Below are positions 1-9,435 of a stretch of 64,000 nt of DNA, one piece after another. Within the stretch, counting starts at the first letter, position 1, and each line of letters opens with the position of its first letter. The stretch covers positions 1,376,001-1,440,000 of the forward strand of contig CBDCXR010000004.1 in assembly GCA_965223845.1 (NCBI GenBank), read 5' to 3'. The stretch is from Planctomycetota bacterium. GTDB lineage: Bacteria > Planctomycetota > UBA8108 > SXIK01. The translations under genes were made by a program, and so were the position numbers. The notes beneath the pieces are model-generated. The model made no database searches, was not told the origin of the DNA, and saw only the letters and a program-made list of their open reading frames with translations.

Positions 1-2
1 CG

Positions 3-1817
3 GTCGCCGCCGAGCTCTGTCTCGGCATCGAGGACATCGGTCAGGTGTGGATCGACAATACGCTCGTCTTCGCGCGACCCGGTTGCCGCGAACGAGAGAC
101 CTGCGCGGAGCGCGTTGCGGCGACGATCGCGCCGGGAGTGCACCGCGTTCTCGTCGGTTCGTTCGCCTCCGGTCTTCGCCGCGGATTTCGGCTCGCGTTT
201 CAAGTGAACGGCCGACCCGTCGTCGAGGAGACGTTCGGATGGAGCTTCCTCGGCGTTGAACGGCCGTTCGACTTCGATCCGCCGGCCTGTCCGGACGTGA
301 CGGAGCCGGTGAGCGGTCTCGCGTGCGAGAAGCGGGACTCGGGCGGCGTGGATCTTCGCTGGTCGAACGACACGGAGGCGGCGGGGGCCGACTCGCCGAT
401 CGAAGTGCTGATCGACGGGGAGGTTGTGCTCACGCTCGCCGGCGATACCGAGAGCGCCGAGCTCGACGAGGCTGCGTTTCCCGATCTCGGCGAGCACGAG
501 ATCTGCGTGCGCAACGGGAGCGGACTCCCCGCGTGCTGCTCGCTCACGCTTCTCGATCCCGTCTCGTCCGTCGAGTGCCGGCGAACGGGCGACGGCGGCG
601 TGGAGCTGACGTGGGAGAATCCGGCCGACGCCCGTCCCGATCAGGAGATCGCCATCGAGGTCGCGGGCGAGCCGGTCGCGACGGTCTCGGGCGATCGCGA
701 GTCGATCGTGCTCGAGGCGAATCTAGTCGAGGAGCCTCGCGTCGAGATTTGTGTCCGGAACGCTCGCGGCCTCCCCGCCTGCTGCCGCATCGGAGCGACG
801 ACCGCCGAGGGCTTCATCACGACGCGCAATTGGCTCGCGATCGGTCCTTTTCTCCACGAGGTCGTCGGGTGTGACGGGCGCGATCGCGACGACCTGCTCC
901 TCCGAGAGTTTTTGGCACCGGTCGAACGGCGCTGCCTCTTTCCCGAGATCGGAGACGACGTCGAGGTGGACCCTGATCTTCCGGGAGCGCTCGGGTACAT
1001 CGGCCCGAACTCGGAGCGCGGCTTTCCGTTTTGGCGCCTGTTCGACGACGGCGGCCTCGACGACGGCGACCAAGACCTCCGCGCGGACCGCGAAGCTCCG
1101 AGCGGAGACGGCACGGTCACCTGGCTCGCGACGTACCTCGAGTACACCGGCGCCGGGCCGGTGAACGTCACCGCTTGCTTCGGATTCGATGACGCCGGCG
1201 AACTCTGGATCGATGGCGCGCTCGTCTTCCATCGCAATACCTGCGGGGGACGAGAGCTCTGCGAGCACCGAGCCGAGGTGACGCTCTCGCCGGGGCCGCA
1301 TCGAATCCTCCTCGGCACCTACAATCTCGTTGGTGCGTGGGGGACGAGCTTCGCGCTTCGGATCGGAGAGACTCCGATTCGCGATGATCCGGAGGCCTTC
1401 CCCGACTGGGTGTTCCACGGCGTTGAGCCGCCCGGGAGACCGATCCCCTGCGACGACAGCGAAACGAACTGCCACGACTCGCTCGACAACGATTCGGACG
1501 GGTTCGTCGACTGTGACGACGATGACTGCTCCGATCGCCCGTGCGGTCCCCTCCCGCTCTTTCGGCGCGGGGACTCGAACCACGACGGCGGCGTGAACCT
1601 TGCGGATGCGATCTTCGTCCTCAACCATCTGTTCGGGGATGGAGAGGAGCCGAAGTGCTTCGCCGCGGCGGATATCAACGGAGCGGGGAACGTCACGATC
1701 GCTTCGGCGATCTACCTCCTCAACTTCCTCTTCGGCGATGGTGATCCGCCGCCCGAGCCGTTCATGAGCTGCGGCGCCGACCCGGACGCGAGCTGCGTGC
1801 AAACACCGGGCTGCTGA
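3..1817 (+). CDS. Large modular extracellular protein, 5' end outside the window: PA14/jelly-roll-like domains, two Cys-containing Ig/FN3-like repeats, Asp/Cys repeat and C-terminal dockerin-like domain
   Basis: Frame is open to the window edge (VAAELCLGIEDIGQVWIDNTLVF resembles the later VTACFGFDDAGELWIDGALVF). Two ~80 aa repeats end in EICVRNxxGLPACC. C-terminus reads FRRGDSNHDGGVNLADA...C..AADINGAGNVTIASA..LLNFLF. Confidence 0.85.
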   Translation, partial: VAAELCLGIEDIGQVWIDNTLVFARPGCRERETCAERVAATIAPGVHRVLVGSFASGLRRGFRLAFQVNGRPVVEETFGWSFLGVERPFDFDPPACPDVTEPVSGLACEKRDSGGVDLRWSNDTEAAGADSPIEVLIDGEVVLTLAGDTESAELDEAAFPDLGEHEICVRNGSGLPACCSLTLLDPVSSVECRRTGDGGVELTWENPADARPDQEIAIEVAGEPVATVSGDRESIVLEANLVEEPRVEICVRNARGLPACCRIGATTAEGFITTRNWLAIGPFLHEVVGCDGRDRDDLLLREFLAPVERRCLFPEIGDDVEVDPDLPGALGYIGPNSERGFPFWRLFDDGGLDDGDQDLRADREAPSGDGTVTWLATYLEYTGAGPVNVTACFGFDDAGELWIDGALVFHRNTCGGRELCEHRAEVTLSPGPHRILLGTYNLVGAWGTSFALRIGETPIRDDPEAFPDWVFHGVEPPGRPIPCDDSETNCHDSLDNDSDGFVDCDDDDCSDRPCGPLPLFRRGDSNHDGGVNLADAIFVLNHLFGDGEEPKCFAAADINGAGNVTIASAIYLLNFLFGDGDPPPEPFMSCGADPDASCVQTPGC

Positions 1818-2044
1818 CGGTCAGAGGGCGCGACCATCGCCACGCGATAGGGGCGTCGATCGCTCTCCCCAGCGAATCTGCTGAGGATCCGTGCTCGCGA
1901 CTGGTATCCTCTCGGGCCGCGATCCGTCGCCCGTTCGAGCGCGGAGGGGCGGTGGGCTCGGCGCGGCGTCCACTCTCGAAGTCCGCGTGTCGGCGCCGCG
2001 CGTGGGCGTCCGTAAGGCGCGCGAGTCGATCCCCGAGTCCCCGA

Positions 2045-3334
2045 GTGAATTCATCCCCTCGAGCTGAAGACCGAAGCGAGGCGCGCGCGATCCTCTTCTA
2101 CACATGCGTGGCGCACGCGCTCACGCATGTCTACATGCTCCTCTTCACGCCGATTCAGGAGCCGATGCGTGCGAGCTTCGGGCTCGACCGGGCGGAGTTT
2201 CTCGGCTACGTCACGATCAGTGGGGCGCTCTTCGGGCTCGGATCGCTGCCGGCGGGGTGGCTCGGCGACCGCTGGGGCGAGAAGCGGCTTCTCGTGGCGT
2301 TTTTCGTTCTGTGTGCTTTGGGCGCGGGCGCCATCGGCCTCGCCGAGGCGCGCTGGCAGCTCGCTCTCGGGATGGCCCTCCTCGGGCTCGGAGCGAGCAT
2401 CTTCCATCCCGTCGGAAACGTCATGATCGCGAAGGGGCTTCCGCGTCCGGGGCGGGCGATGGGGATCAACGGACTCTGGGGAAGCCTCGGGACGGCGCTC
2501 GCGCCGATCTTCGCCGCCCAGGCGACGGCGATCGCCGGGTGGCGCTGGGCCTATTTGATCTCGGGTGCTCCCGCCCTCGTCTTCGCGATCCTTCTCGTTC
2601 GAGCGGATCTCCCGAGCGTCTCCCGGCCCTCGGACACGTCGGCGAGCGCCGACGGCGATCGATCTTGCGAAGACAGCAAGAGCCCGGGGCTCACCGCGAG
2701 CGCCGGGCGGCGGTCGTCGCCGAGGGGCCGGTGGGTGCTCGCGCTGATCCTCGCCGCGATGACCGCGGGCGGTGTCTGTTTTCACCTCTTCACGACTCAG
2801 CTCCCCAACCACGTCGAGGCCCGGCTCGCGACGTTCTCGGGGGGCGCGCGCGAGTGGCTCGCCCCGCTCTTCAGCGATCCCGTGCTCGGCGCGGGATACT
2901 TCGTTGGGCTTGCTCTCGCGATCGGCGGCGTCGGACAGCTCGTCGCCGGTCGGCTCGTCGATCGGACCGACGGTAGGAGGCTGTACGTGGTCGTCCTCGC
3001 GATCGTGGTCCCGCTCCTCCTTCTCATCGGGCCGGCGGTGGGGTGGCAGCTCGTCGCGGTGAGCGCGGTCGCCTGTGGCTTCCTTTTTGCTGTTCAGCCC
3101 ATCGAGAACATCCTTCTCGCCCAATCGTCCCCGCCAGGGAGACGCGGGTTGATCTTCGGTACGAAGTTCGTCCTCGTCTTCGGTGTGGGCGGCCTCGGGA
3201 CCTACGGGAGCGGCCTCCTCCGCGATCACTTCGGACTCCCCGCGGTGTTCACGGCTGCGGCCCTCCTCGTCGCAGTCGCGGTCGCCTGCGCGGCGCTGGC
3301 GGCAATCGTCGGGGCGCGAGTTCGGGCCTCGTAG
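2045..3334 (+). CDS. MFS transporter
   Basis: Multiple TM helices; motif A GWLGDRWGEKR and GRLVDRTDGRR. In-frame GTG at 2045 preferred over the R/S-rich extension from 1952. Confidence 0.85.
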   Translation: MNSSPRAEDRSEARAILFYTCVAHALTHVYMLLFTPIQEPMRASFGLDRAEFLGYVTISGALFGLGSLPAGWLGDRWGEKRLLVAFFVLCALGAGAIGLAEARWQLALGMALLGLGASIFHPVGNVMIAKGLPRPGRAMGINGLWGSLGTALAPIFAAQATAIAGWRWAYLISGAPALVFAILLVRADLPSVSRPSDTSASADGDRSCEDSKSPGLTASAGRRSSPRGRWVLALILAAMTAGGVCFHLFTTQLPNHVEARLATFSGGAREWLAPLFSDPVLGAGYFVGLALAIGGVGQLVAGRLVDRTDGRRLYVVVLAIVVPLLLLIGPAVGWQLVAVSAVACGFLFAVQPIENILLAQSSPPGRRGLIFGTKFVLVFGVGGLGTYGSGLLRDHFGLPAVFTAAALLVAVAVACAALAAIVGARVRAS

Positions 3335-3418
3335 GGGCCCGGTCGCGCCCGCCCCCGGGCCTCCTCGACACTGAGTCTTAGCTGCCGTTTTAGCCGGAAC
3401 GCGACCGCCGCGGGCAAT

Positions 3419-3448
3419 TTGCCGTCGGTCCGGCGAAGGGCCTATAAT
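3419..3448 (+). promoter_or_regulatory. Sigma70-type promoter for the metalloprotease gene
   Basis: TTGCCG (3419-3424)-N18-TATAAT (3443-3448) in an AT-richer intergenic gap. Confidence 0.6.
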
Positions 3449-3594
3449 CTAAACTGTCAAAAAGGTGGGTAGAAGCCCGGTCGTGAGACCCGGAGGCGCC
3501 GCTTGAGCAGGCGCTCCGCGCTCGCGACCGCGCAGAATTTCGGGCGTACGTACGGGTCGATCGAACGACACCAAATCTCCAAGGAAGAAGCGTG

Positions 3595-6500
3595 ATGAAC
3601 AGAGTGCTCTCTGCTGGCGGGCTCCTCGCGGTGCTCCTCGTCGTGATCTTGGCTGCACCGACTCCCGTCTGTGCGCAGCGCCAGCTCCCGCCTTTCGCCG
3701 ACGTTCTGAAGGGCTACCGGCAAGTCGCTCCGAAGGAAGGCTCGCGCGGACTCTACAACATCTGGCGCCGCGATTCCGACGCGCAGCTCTACGCCGAGTT
3801 GCCGTCCGATTACACTCGCTCGCGCTACTTCATCGCCCTCACGATCGCGAGCGGTGAGCGCTTCGCCGGCCTTCAGTTTGGCGACCTCTACGTCTACTGG
3901 CGTCGCTACGGCAATCGCCTCGCTCTCATGGAGCCGAACATCTCGACGCGCTCTTCCGGCGATCCCGAGTCGAAGAGCTCGGTGAAGCGCCTCTTCACGG
4001 ATCGCGTGATCTTGGACGTTCCGATCGTCACGATGGGTCCGACCGGCGGGCCGGTGATCGATCTCGACTCGCTCCTCCTCGGACGAGCGTCGACCTTCTT
4101 CGGAAGCGCGGCGCGCGTATCGAACCCGGCGCTCTCGACGATCAAGCAGACCAAGGTGTTTCCGCGGAACGTCGAGATCGCGATCGAGGCGCCGATGAGC
4201 GGTGGCCGCCTGAAGACTCTTCATTACTCGATCAGCGTGATCAAGGGTTCGTCGGGATACCGTCCCCGCAAGGCCGACCAGCGCGTCGGGTACTTCACGA
4301 CGTCGCATACGGACCTCGGAACCTTCGACGATGACAAGAAGCGAGTTCGATTCATCAACCGCTGGCATCTCGAGAAAGCCGAGCCTTCGCTCAAGCGGAG
4401 CCCGGTCAAACGGCCGATCGAGTTCTACATCGAGCACACCACGCCGATCCGCTACCGCCGATGGGTGCGCGAGGGGATCCTCTACTGGAGTCGAGCGTTC
4501 GAGAAAATCGGCCTCCTCAACGCGATCGTCGTCCACCAGCAGGACGCGCGCACCGGGCGCTACATGGACCTCGACCCGGAGGACGTGAACTACAACTTCG
4601 TCCGCTGGCTGAACAACGACATCGGGACGGCGATCGGGCCGAGCCGGGTCAATCCGATGACCGGTGAGATTCTCGATGCGGACATCATCATGACCGACGG
4701 CTGGATCCGGAGCTTCTACGAGGATTTTCACAAGTTGCTCCCGAAGATCGCCCTCGAGGGCTTTGGGCCGGAGTCGCTCGCGTGGCTCCACCAGCACCCG
4801 AATTGGGACCCGCGGATCCGTCTCGCGCATCCCGAGCATCGCGCGGATCTCCTGGCCGCGCGTCGGTCGGAGGGTCTGCCGACTTTCGGGGGACATCCGC
4901 TCGGACACGTCTCTCCGCTCATCGGCGACGACGAATTCGACGGCCTCGTCGGCCGGACGAGCCAGCTGAACGGGATGTGCCTCGCGGCGACGGGACGGGG
5001 TTTCGACCTCAGCGTTCTACGCGCGAGCCTCGCCCTTCTCACCGGCGAAGAAACTCTGAGCGACGGCGAAGAGCCGAAAGAAGGCGAGGAGAAGCCGAAG
5101 GAGTCCGAGAAGGACGAAGAGAAAAAGAAGGAAGAGAAGGGCGAAAAGGAAGAAGGCGAGAAGAAGGACGAAGCCAAGAAGGAAGAAAAGAAAGACGAGG
5201 GAAAGAAGGACGAGAAGAAAGACGAGAAGAAGGAAGAAAAGCCGAAGAAGCCCGACGAGGATCTCCTCGACGGAATTCCCGAGAGCTTCATCGGCCCGCT
5301 CATCGCCGATCTCATCGCGCACGAAGTTGGACACACGCTCGGTCTTCGCCACAACTTCAAGGCGTCGAGCATCTACAGCCTCGACGAGATCAACAGCAAA
5401 GCGCTCGACGACAAGCCGATCGCGGGGTCGGTCATGGACTACCTCCCGATCAACATCAACATGGACAAGGACGCCGTGCAGGGCGAGTACGCGATGCCCG
5501 CCATCGGTCCCTACGACATGTGGGCGATCGAGTACGGCTACGCCCTCAAGGACAGCGATCTCAAGAAGATCCTGAGCCGGGTCGCCGATCCCGCGCTCCA
5601 GTACGCGACCGACGAGGACACCTACGGACCCGATCCCTTTGCCCGTCGCTACGACTTCAGCGCGAAGCCTCTCGAGTACGCGGCGAGCCAGATGCGGCTC
5701 GTCAAGTACCACCGCGAGCGTCTCCTCGAGAAGTACGTCAAGGATGGGGACAGCTGGGCGAAGGCGCGTCAGGGATACGAGATGACGTTCTCGATGCAGA
5801 TCCGTTCGGTCAGCATGATGGCGAATTGGGTCGGCGGCGCGTTCGTCCACCGCGACAAGAAGGGCGACAAGAACGCGCGGCCTCCGGTGATCGTCGTCCC
5901 GGCGGAACGGCAGCGGAAGGCGCTCTCCTTCGTCATCGAGAACTCGTTCTTCGACGAAGCGTTCGGCCTCACGCCCAAGCTTCTTCAGTACATGAGCGTC
6001 GACCAGTGGCTCGACGGCGGCTTCTTCAGCCTCGCGAGCGCCACCTGGCCGGTGCACGACCGAATCATGGGAATCCAATCGTCCGCGCTGACGATGCTCA
6101 TGAATCCGTCGACGCTGCGAAACGTCTATGACAACGAATTCCGGACCCCGAACGGCGACGACATGGTGACGCTCGCCGAGCTTCTCACGACGGTGAAGGC
6201 GGCGATCTGGAAAGAACTCGACGAGCATCCGCTGAAGAAGCACACCGCGCGGAATCCGTGGCTCTCGAGTCTTCGACGAAACCTCCAGCGCGAGCATCTC
6301 GAGCGACTCATCGACCTGAGCATGCCGGGGGCGGGGAGCGGCGCGGCGTACAAGCCGATCTCGAACCTCGCGCTCGTTCAGCTCCGCGACCTGAGCGAGA
6401 AGATCCAGCACGGACTCGACCACCGCGCCGAGATCGACGAGTACTCCTACGCGCATCTCGTCGAGGCGGACCTTCGCATCAAGAAGGCGCTCGACGCGCA

Positions 6501-6597
6501 GTTCATCTACAACGCCGACGACGTCGGTGGCGGTGGCTTCGGGTCGTTCTTCTTCTTCAAGAACCCGGCGAACGGCGCGAAGAGCTCCGAGAACTGA
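3595..6597 (+). CDS. Secreted zinc-dependent metalloprotease (metzincin-like; DUF5117/DUF4953 type)
   Basis: Signal peptide; ADQRVGYF and FINRWHLEK; Zn motif HEVGHTLGLRHNF; Met-turn GSVMDY; IGPYDMWAIEYGY. Confidence 0.9.
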   Translation: MNRVLSAGGLLAVLLVVILAAPTPVCAQRQLPPFADVLKGYRQVAPKEGSRGLYNIWRRDSDAQLYAELPSDYTRSRYFIALTIASGERFAGLQFGDLYVYWRRYGNRLALMEPNISTRSSGDPESKSSVKRLFTDRVILDVPIVTMGPTGGPVIDLDSLLLGRASTFFGSAARVSNPALSTIKQTKVFPRNVEIAIEAPMSGGRLKTLHYSISVIKGSSGYRPRKADQRVGYFTTSHTDLGTFDDDKKRVRFINRWHLEKAEPSLKRSPVKRPIEFYIEHTTPIRYRRWVREGILYWSRAFEKIGLLNAIVVHQQDARTGRYMDLDPEDVNYNFVRWLNNDIGTAIGPSRVNPMTGEILDADIIMTDGWIRSFYEDFHKLLPKIALEGFGPESLAWLHQHPNWDPRIRLAHPEHRADLLAARRSEGLPTFGGHPLGHVSPLIGDDEFDGLVGRTSQLNGMCLAATGRGFDLSVLRASLALLTGEETLSDGEEPKEGEEKPKESEKDEEKKKEEKGEKEEGEKKDEAKKEEKKDEGKKDEKKDEKKEEKPKKPDEDLLDGIPESFIGPLIADLIAHEVGHTLGLRHNFKASSIYSLDEINSKALDDKPIAGSVMDYLPININMDKDAVQGEYAMPAIGPYDMWAIEYGYALKDSDLKKILSRVADPALQYATDEDTYGPDPFARRYDFSAKPLEYAASQMRLVKYHRERLLEKYVKDGDSWAKARQGYEMTFSMQIRSVSMMANWVGGAFVHRDKKGDKNARPPVIVVPAERQRKALSFVIENSFFDEAFGLTPKLLQYMSVDQWLDGGFFSLASATWPVHDRIMGIQSSALTMLMNPSTLRNVYDNEFRTPNGDDMVTLAELLTTVKAAIWKELDEHPLKKHTARNPWLSSLRRNLQREHLERLIDLSMPGAGSGAAYKPISNLALVQLRDLSEKIQHGLDHRAEIDEYSYAHLVEADLRIKKALDAQFIYNADDVGGGGFGSFFFFKNPANGAKSSEN
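5059..5262 (+). repeat. Purine-rich low-complexity tract encoding a Glu/Lys/Asp-rich insertion
   Basis: GAA/AAG/GAG/GAC runs translate to EEPKEGEEKPKESEKDEEKKKEEK...KKDEKKDEKKEEKPKKPDED. Confidence 0.9.
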
Positions 6598-6817
6598 GCT
6601 CGCGCCGCGCGCGCAAGGCTTCGCTGCGACGAGCCCTCATCCGGCGACGATCCGCCGGGTGAGGGCTCGTTTCTTTGTTCCGACCTCGTTCGAGTCGTCG
6701 GGCGTCGCCCGGCGGGAAAACGGTTCTGCTCGTCTCACCGCGAGCGTACAATCCCTGCCACGTCTCCCGCGGCGAAGCGCGGGAGGGACCGAGAGCGAAT
6801 GCTGAGGAGGAGTCGTC

Positions 6818-7816
6818 GTGGCCGCGGGTGGATCCAAGTTGGCGGTGGTGAGTGCGCTCGTCGGCAACACCTTCGTGATGATCGCGAAGTTCGTCGCCTT
6901 CTTCTTCACGGGATCCGGCGCGATCCTCTCCGAGGCGATCCACACCGTCGCCGACCTGCTCAATCAGGTGCTTCTCTTCATCGGAATCGTGCGGTCGGCG
7001 AAGCCGGCGGACGAGTCGTTCGAGTTCGGCTACGGTGCCGAGCGCCACGTGTGGGCCCTGATCTCGGCGGTCGGGATCTTTTTTCTCGGGTGCGGTGTGA
7101 CCGGGTACCACGGGATCCACGGGCTCCTCGATCCGAGCGAGTTCAAGGATCTCGGCTGGGCGATTGGAGTCCTCGTCGTCTCGTTCGCGATCGAGCTTTT
7201 CATCCTGATCGTGGCGGTTCGCGCGGTCACGAAGGGGCGCGACCGCTCCGTTCCCCTCCTCAAGTACCTTCGCCGCGAAGCGGATCCGGCCGGAGTCGCG
7301 GTCATCCTCGAGGATACGGCGGCGTGCGTCGGCGTGCTCATCGCGCTCGCCGCGATCGCGCTCACGCAAATCACCGGACAGAACTACTGGGACGCGATCG
7401 GGTCGCTCCTCGTCTCCGTGCTCCTCGGCGCGGTGGCGATCTGGCTGATTTGGCGCAATCGGGACCTCCTCGTCGGGCCGTCCGTTCCTCCTCACATCCG
7501 CACACAGATTCAGAAGATTCTCGCGGCGAACCCTGCGGTCGAGGAGATCGTCGACCTCCGCACGCGCGTCCTCGACAGCGAGACGTACCGCGTCCGGGCG
7601 AACGTGCGCTTCGACGGCTCCACCCTGGCCGAGAGGCTCGAGGCGCATGTCGAGGCCGACTTCGAGCGTCTCGGGTCGGAGGAGGACTTTCGCGCGTTCC
7701 GCGCTCGCTTTGCCGACCAGATCGTCGACCTACTCGCCGAGGAGATCGACGCGATCGAGAAGCGGATCCGGTCGGCCGTTCCGAAGGCTAGTCGGCTCGA
7801 CATCGAGGCGGACTGA
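6818..7816 (+). CDS. Cation diffusion facilitator (CDF) transporter, ZnT9/MTP7-like
   Basis: SEAIHTVAD, GYGAERHVWALISAVGIFFLGCG and ILEDTAA; RBS GAGGAG upstream. Confidence 0.9.
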   Translation: MAAGGSKLAVVSALVGNTFVMIAKFVAFFFTGSGAILSEAIHTVADLLNQVLLFIGIVRSAKPADESFEFGYGAERHVWALISAVGIFFLGCGVTGYHGIHGLLDPSEFKDLGWAIGVLVVSFAIELFILIVAVRAVTKGRDRSVPLLKYLRREADPAGVAVILEDTAACVGVLIALAAIALTQITGQNYWDAIGSLLVSVLLGAVAIWLIWRNRDLLVGPSVPPHIRTQIQKILAANPAVEEIVDLRTRVLDSETYRVRANVRFDGSTLAERLEAHVEADFERLGSEEDFRAFRARFADQIVDLLAEEIDAIEKRIRSAVPKASRLDIEAD

Positions 7817-7833
7817 GGGGGACGCGTTCGGCG

Positions 7834-8607
7834 ATGGCGTGGCTGGGCATCTGGTTCGAATCGCTCGCGGATGAGGGGGGCGCCCGGAGTTCGGAGTGGT
7901 TTCGGGGCCTCGCGGAGCCGCTCGTCTATCCGTACGCCCACTCGTTTCTCGAAGCCGAGACGGAGCGGCTGCGCCGAACCGCGGACCCGAGTCGCATCGT
8001 CCATCGTGGCGAGTCGTTCACGGTGTACTATTCGCTCGCCCACGACGGGATCGAAACGGCGCTCGAGCGACAGGGCTGCCGACTGATTCGATGGCTCTTC
8101 GAGAGCTTCGCCTCGGACGAGAGCCGTGCGACGAGCGCGCGCTTTTCCGAGATCCCGGTCGTCATTCACGAGCCGGACTCGGCCAAAGCCGCGGCACTTG
8201 GTAACGCGCTCACGCTGCTCCGTTTTCTGAGCGCGCAAGAGGATCAGGCGATCGCCAAGCTCGCGCTCGTGCCGTGGAAGTCGCTTCCCGGAGGGCCGCG
8301 CCAGTCGGCCGAAGAGTACGAGAATCGCGTCATCGATTTTCTTCACGGCGAGCTCTTCTATCCCGACGGCATCGATGTCTTCGATGTTCTGGCGCGGCAC
8401 GATCTCAAGCGGCAGCGAACGCTCGGGGCGTGCTGCGAGAGTCAGGTCGGGTTCCTCCGCTCCTTGCTCGACTGGGTGGACGAATGTCCGCCGGCGTCGG
8501 CGTCGGAGCGGGAAGAGCTGACCCGGAAGCTGCGGAACTCACTCGCCGACGAGGCGCGATACTGGCGCGAGAAGCGCCGGAACACGGACGCGCCTCGCTT
8601 CGTGTGA
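7834..8607 (+). CDS. Hypothetical protein
   Basis: 257 aa ORF with globular composition and host-like codon use, filling the gap between co-oriented genes. No motif recognised. Confidence 0.6.
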   Translation: MAWLGIWFESLADEGGARSSEWFRGLAEPLVYPYAHSFLEAETERLRRTADPSRIVHRGESFTVYYSLAHDGIETALERQGCRLIRWLFESFASDESRATSARFSEIPVVIHEPDSAKAAALGNALTLLRFLSAQEDQAIAKLALVPWKSLPGGPRQSAEEYENRVIDFLHGELFYPDGIDVFDVLARHDLKRQRTLGACCESQVGFLRSLLDWVDECPPASASEREELTRKLRNSLADEARYWREKRRNTDAPRFV

Positions 8608-8673
8608 GACACGCTGTTGATTCAACGCACCGCGAGATGCAGAAATTTGACCTCGTTTTCTCGGAGCTCGACC

Positions 8674-9435
8674 ATGACCGAACCTCGCATCGTCTCGAAA
8701 GAAGAGTGGCTCTCGGCGCGGCTCGAGCTGCTCGAGAAGGAGAAGGAACTCACTCGCCTCCGCGACGAAGTGAGTCGTGAGCTCCGGAAACTCCCGTGGG
8801 AGCGAGTCGAAAAGGAGTACGTCTTCGCGGGGCCAGCGGGCGAGGAGACGCTCTCCGACCTCTTTGCGGGACGAAGCCAACTGATCGTCTACCACTTCAT
8901 GTTCGATCCGGAGTGGGCGGAAGGTTGTAAGTCCTGCTCGCTCCTTGCCGACCATTACAACTCGGCGATCGTTCACCTCGAGCAGCGCGACGCGACGCTG
9001 GTCACCGTCTCGCGCGCACCGCTCGAAACGCTCGCGGAGTTTCAGCGGCGGATGGGCTGGACGTTCAAATGGGTCTCTTCGCACGGAAGCGACTTCAACC
9101 GAGACTACCACGTGACGTTCGACGCGGCCGGGCCGGATACCGAAGTCTATTACAACTACGAAATGCAGTCCTTTCCCGTGTCGGAGGCTCCGGGGATGAG
9201 CGTGTTCGCGAAGAGAGCGGGCAGCGTGTTCCACACGTACTCGACCTACGCGCGCGGACTCGACCGCTTCATTGGCGTCTATCATCTGCTCGATACACTC
9301 CCGAAAGGACGTGATGAGGACGATTTCGCCTACGGCATGGAATGGGTGCGGCACCACGACCGTTACGCGGACTCGAGCTTCGTCGACCCCTACAAGGACA
9401 AGCTCGGCTCCGACACACCGCCGAAATCGAAATGA
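8674..9435 (+). CDS. DUF899 family thioredoxin-like protein
   Basis: EEWLSARLELLEKEKELTR, TLSDLFAGRSQLIVYHFMF, GCKSCS, LDTLPKGRDE and WVRHHDRY; ATG at 8674. Confidence 0.9.
   Translation: MTEPRIVSKEEWLSARLELLEKEKELTRLRDEVSRELRKLPWERVEKEYVFAGPAGEETLSDLFAGRSQLIVYHFMFDPEWAEGCKSCSLLADHYNSAIVHLEQRDATLVTVSRAPLETLAEFQRRMGWTFKWVSSHGSDFNRDYHVTFDAAGPDTEVYYNYEMQSFPVSEAPGMSVFAKRAGSVFHTYSTYARGLDRFIGVYHLLDTLPKGRDEDDFAYGMEWVRHHDRYADSSFVDPYKDKLGSDTPPKSK

Noticed and set aside
4728-5372. Phe/Ser-rich membrane-like ORF on the minus strand
   Set aside because: It is simply the reverse complement of the E/K-rich tract in the protease.
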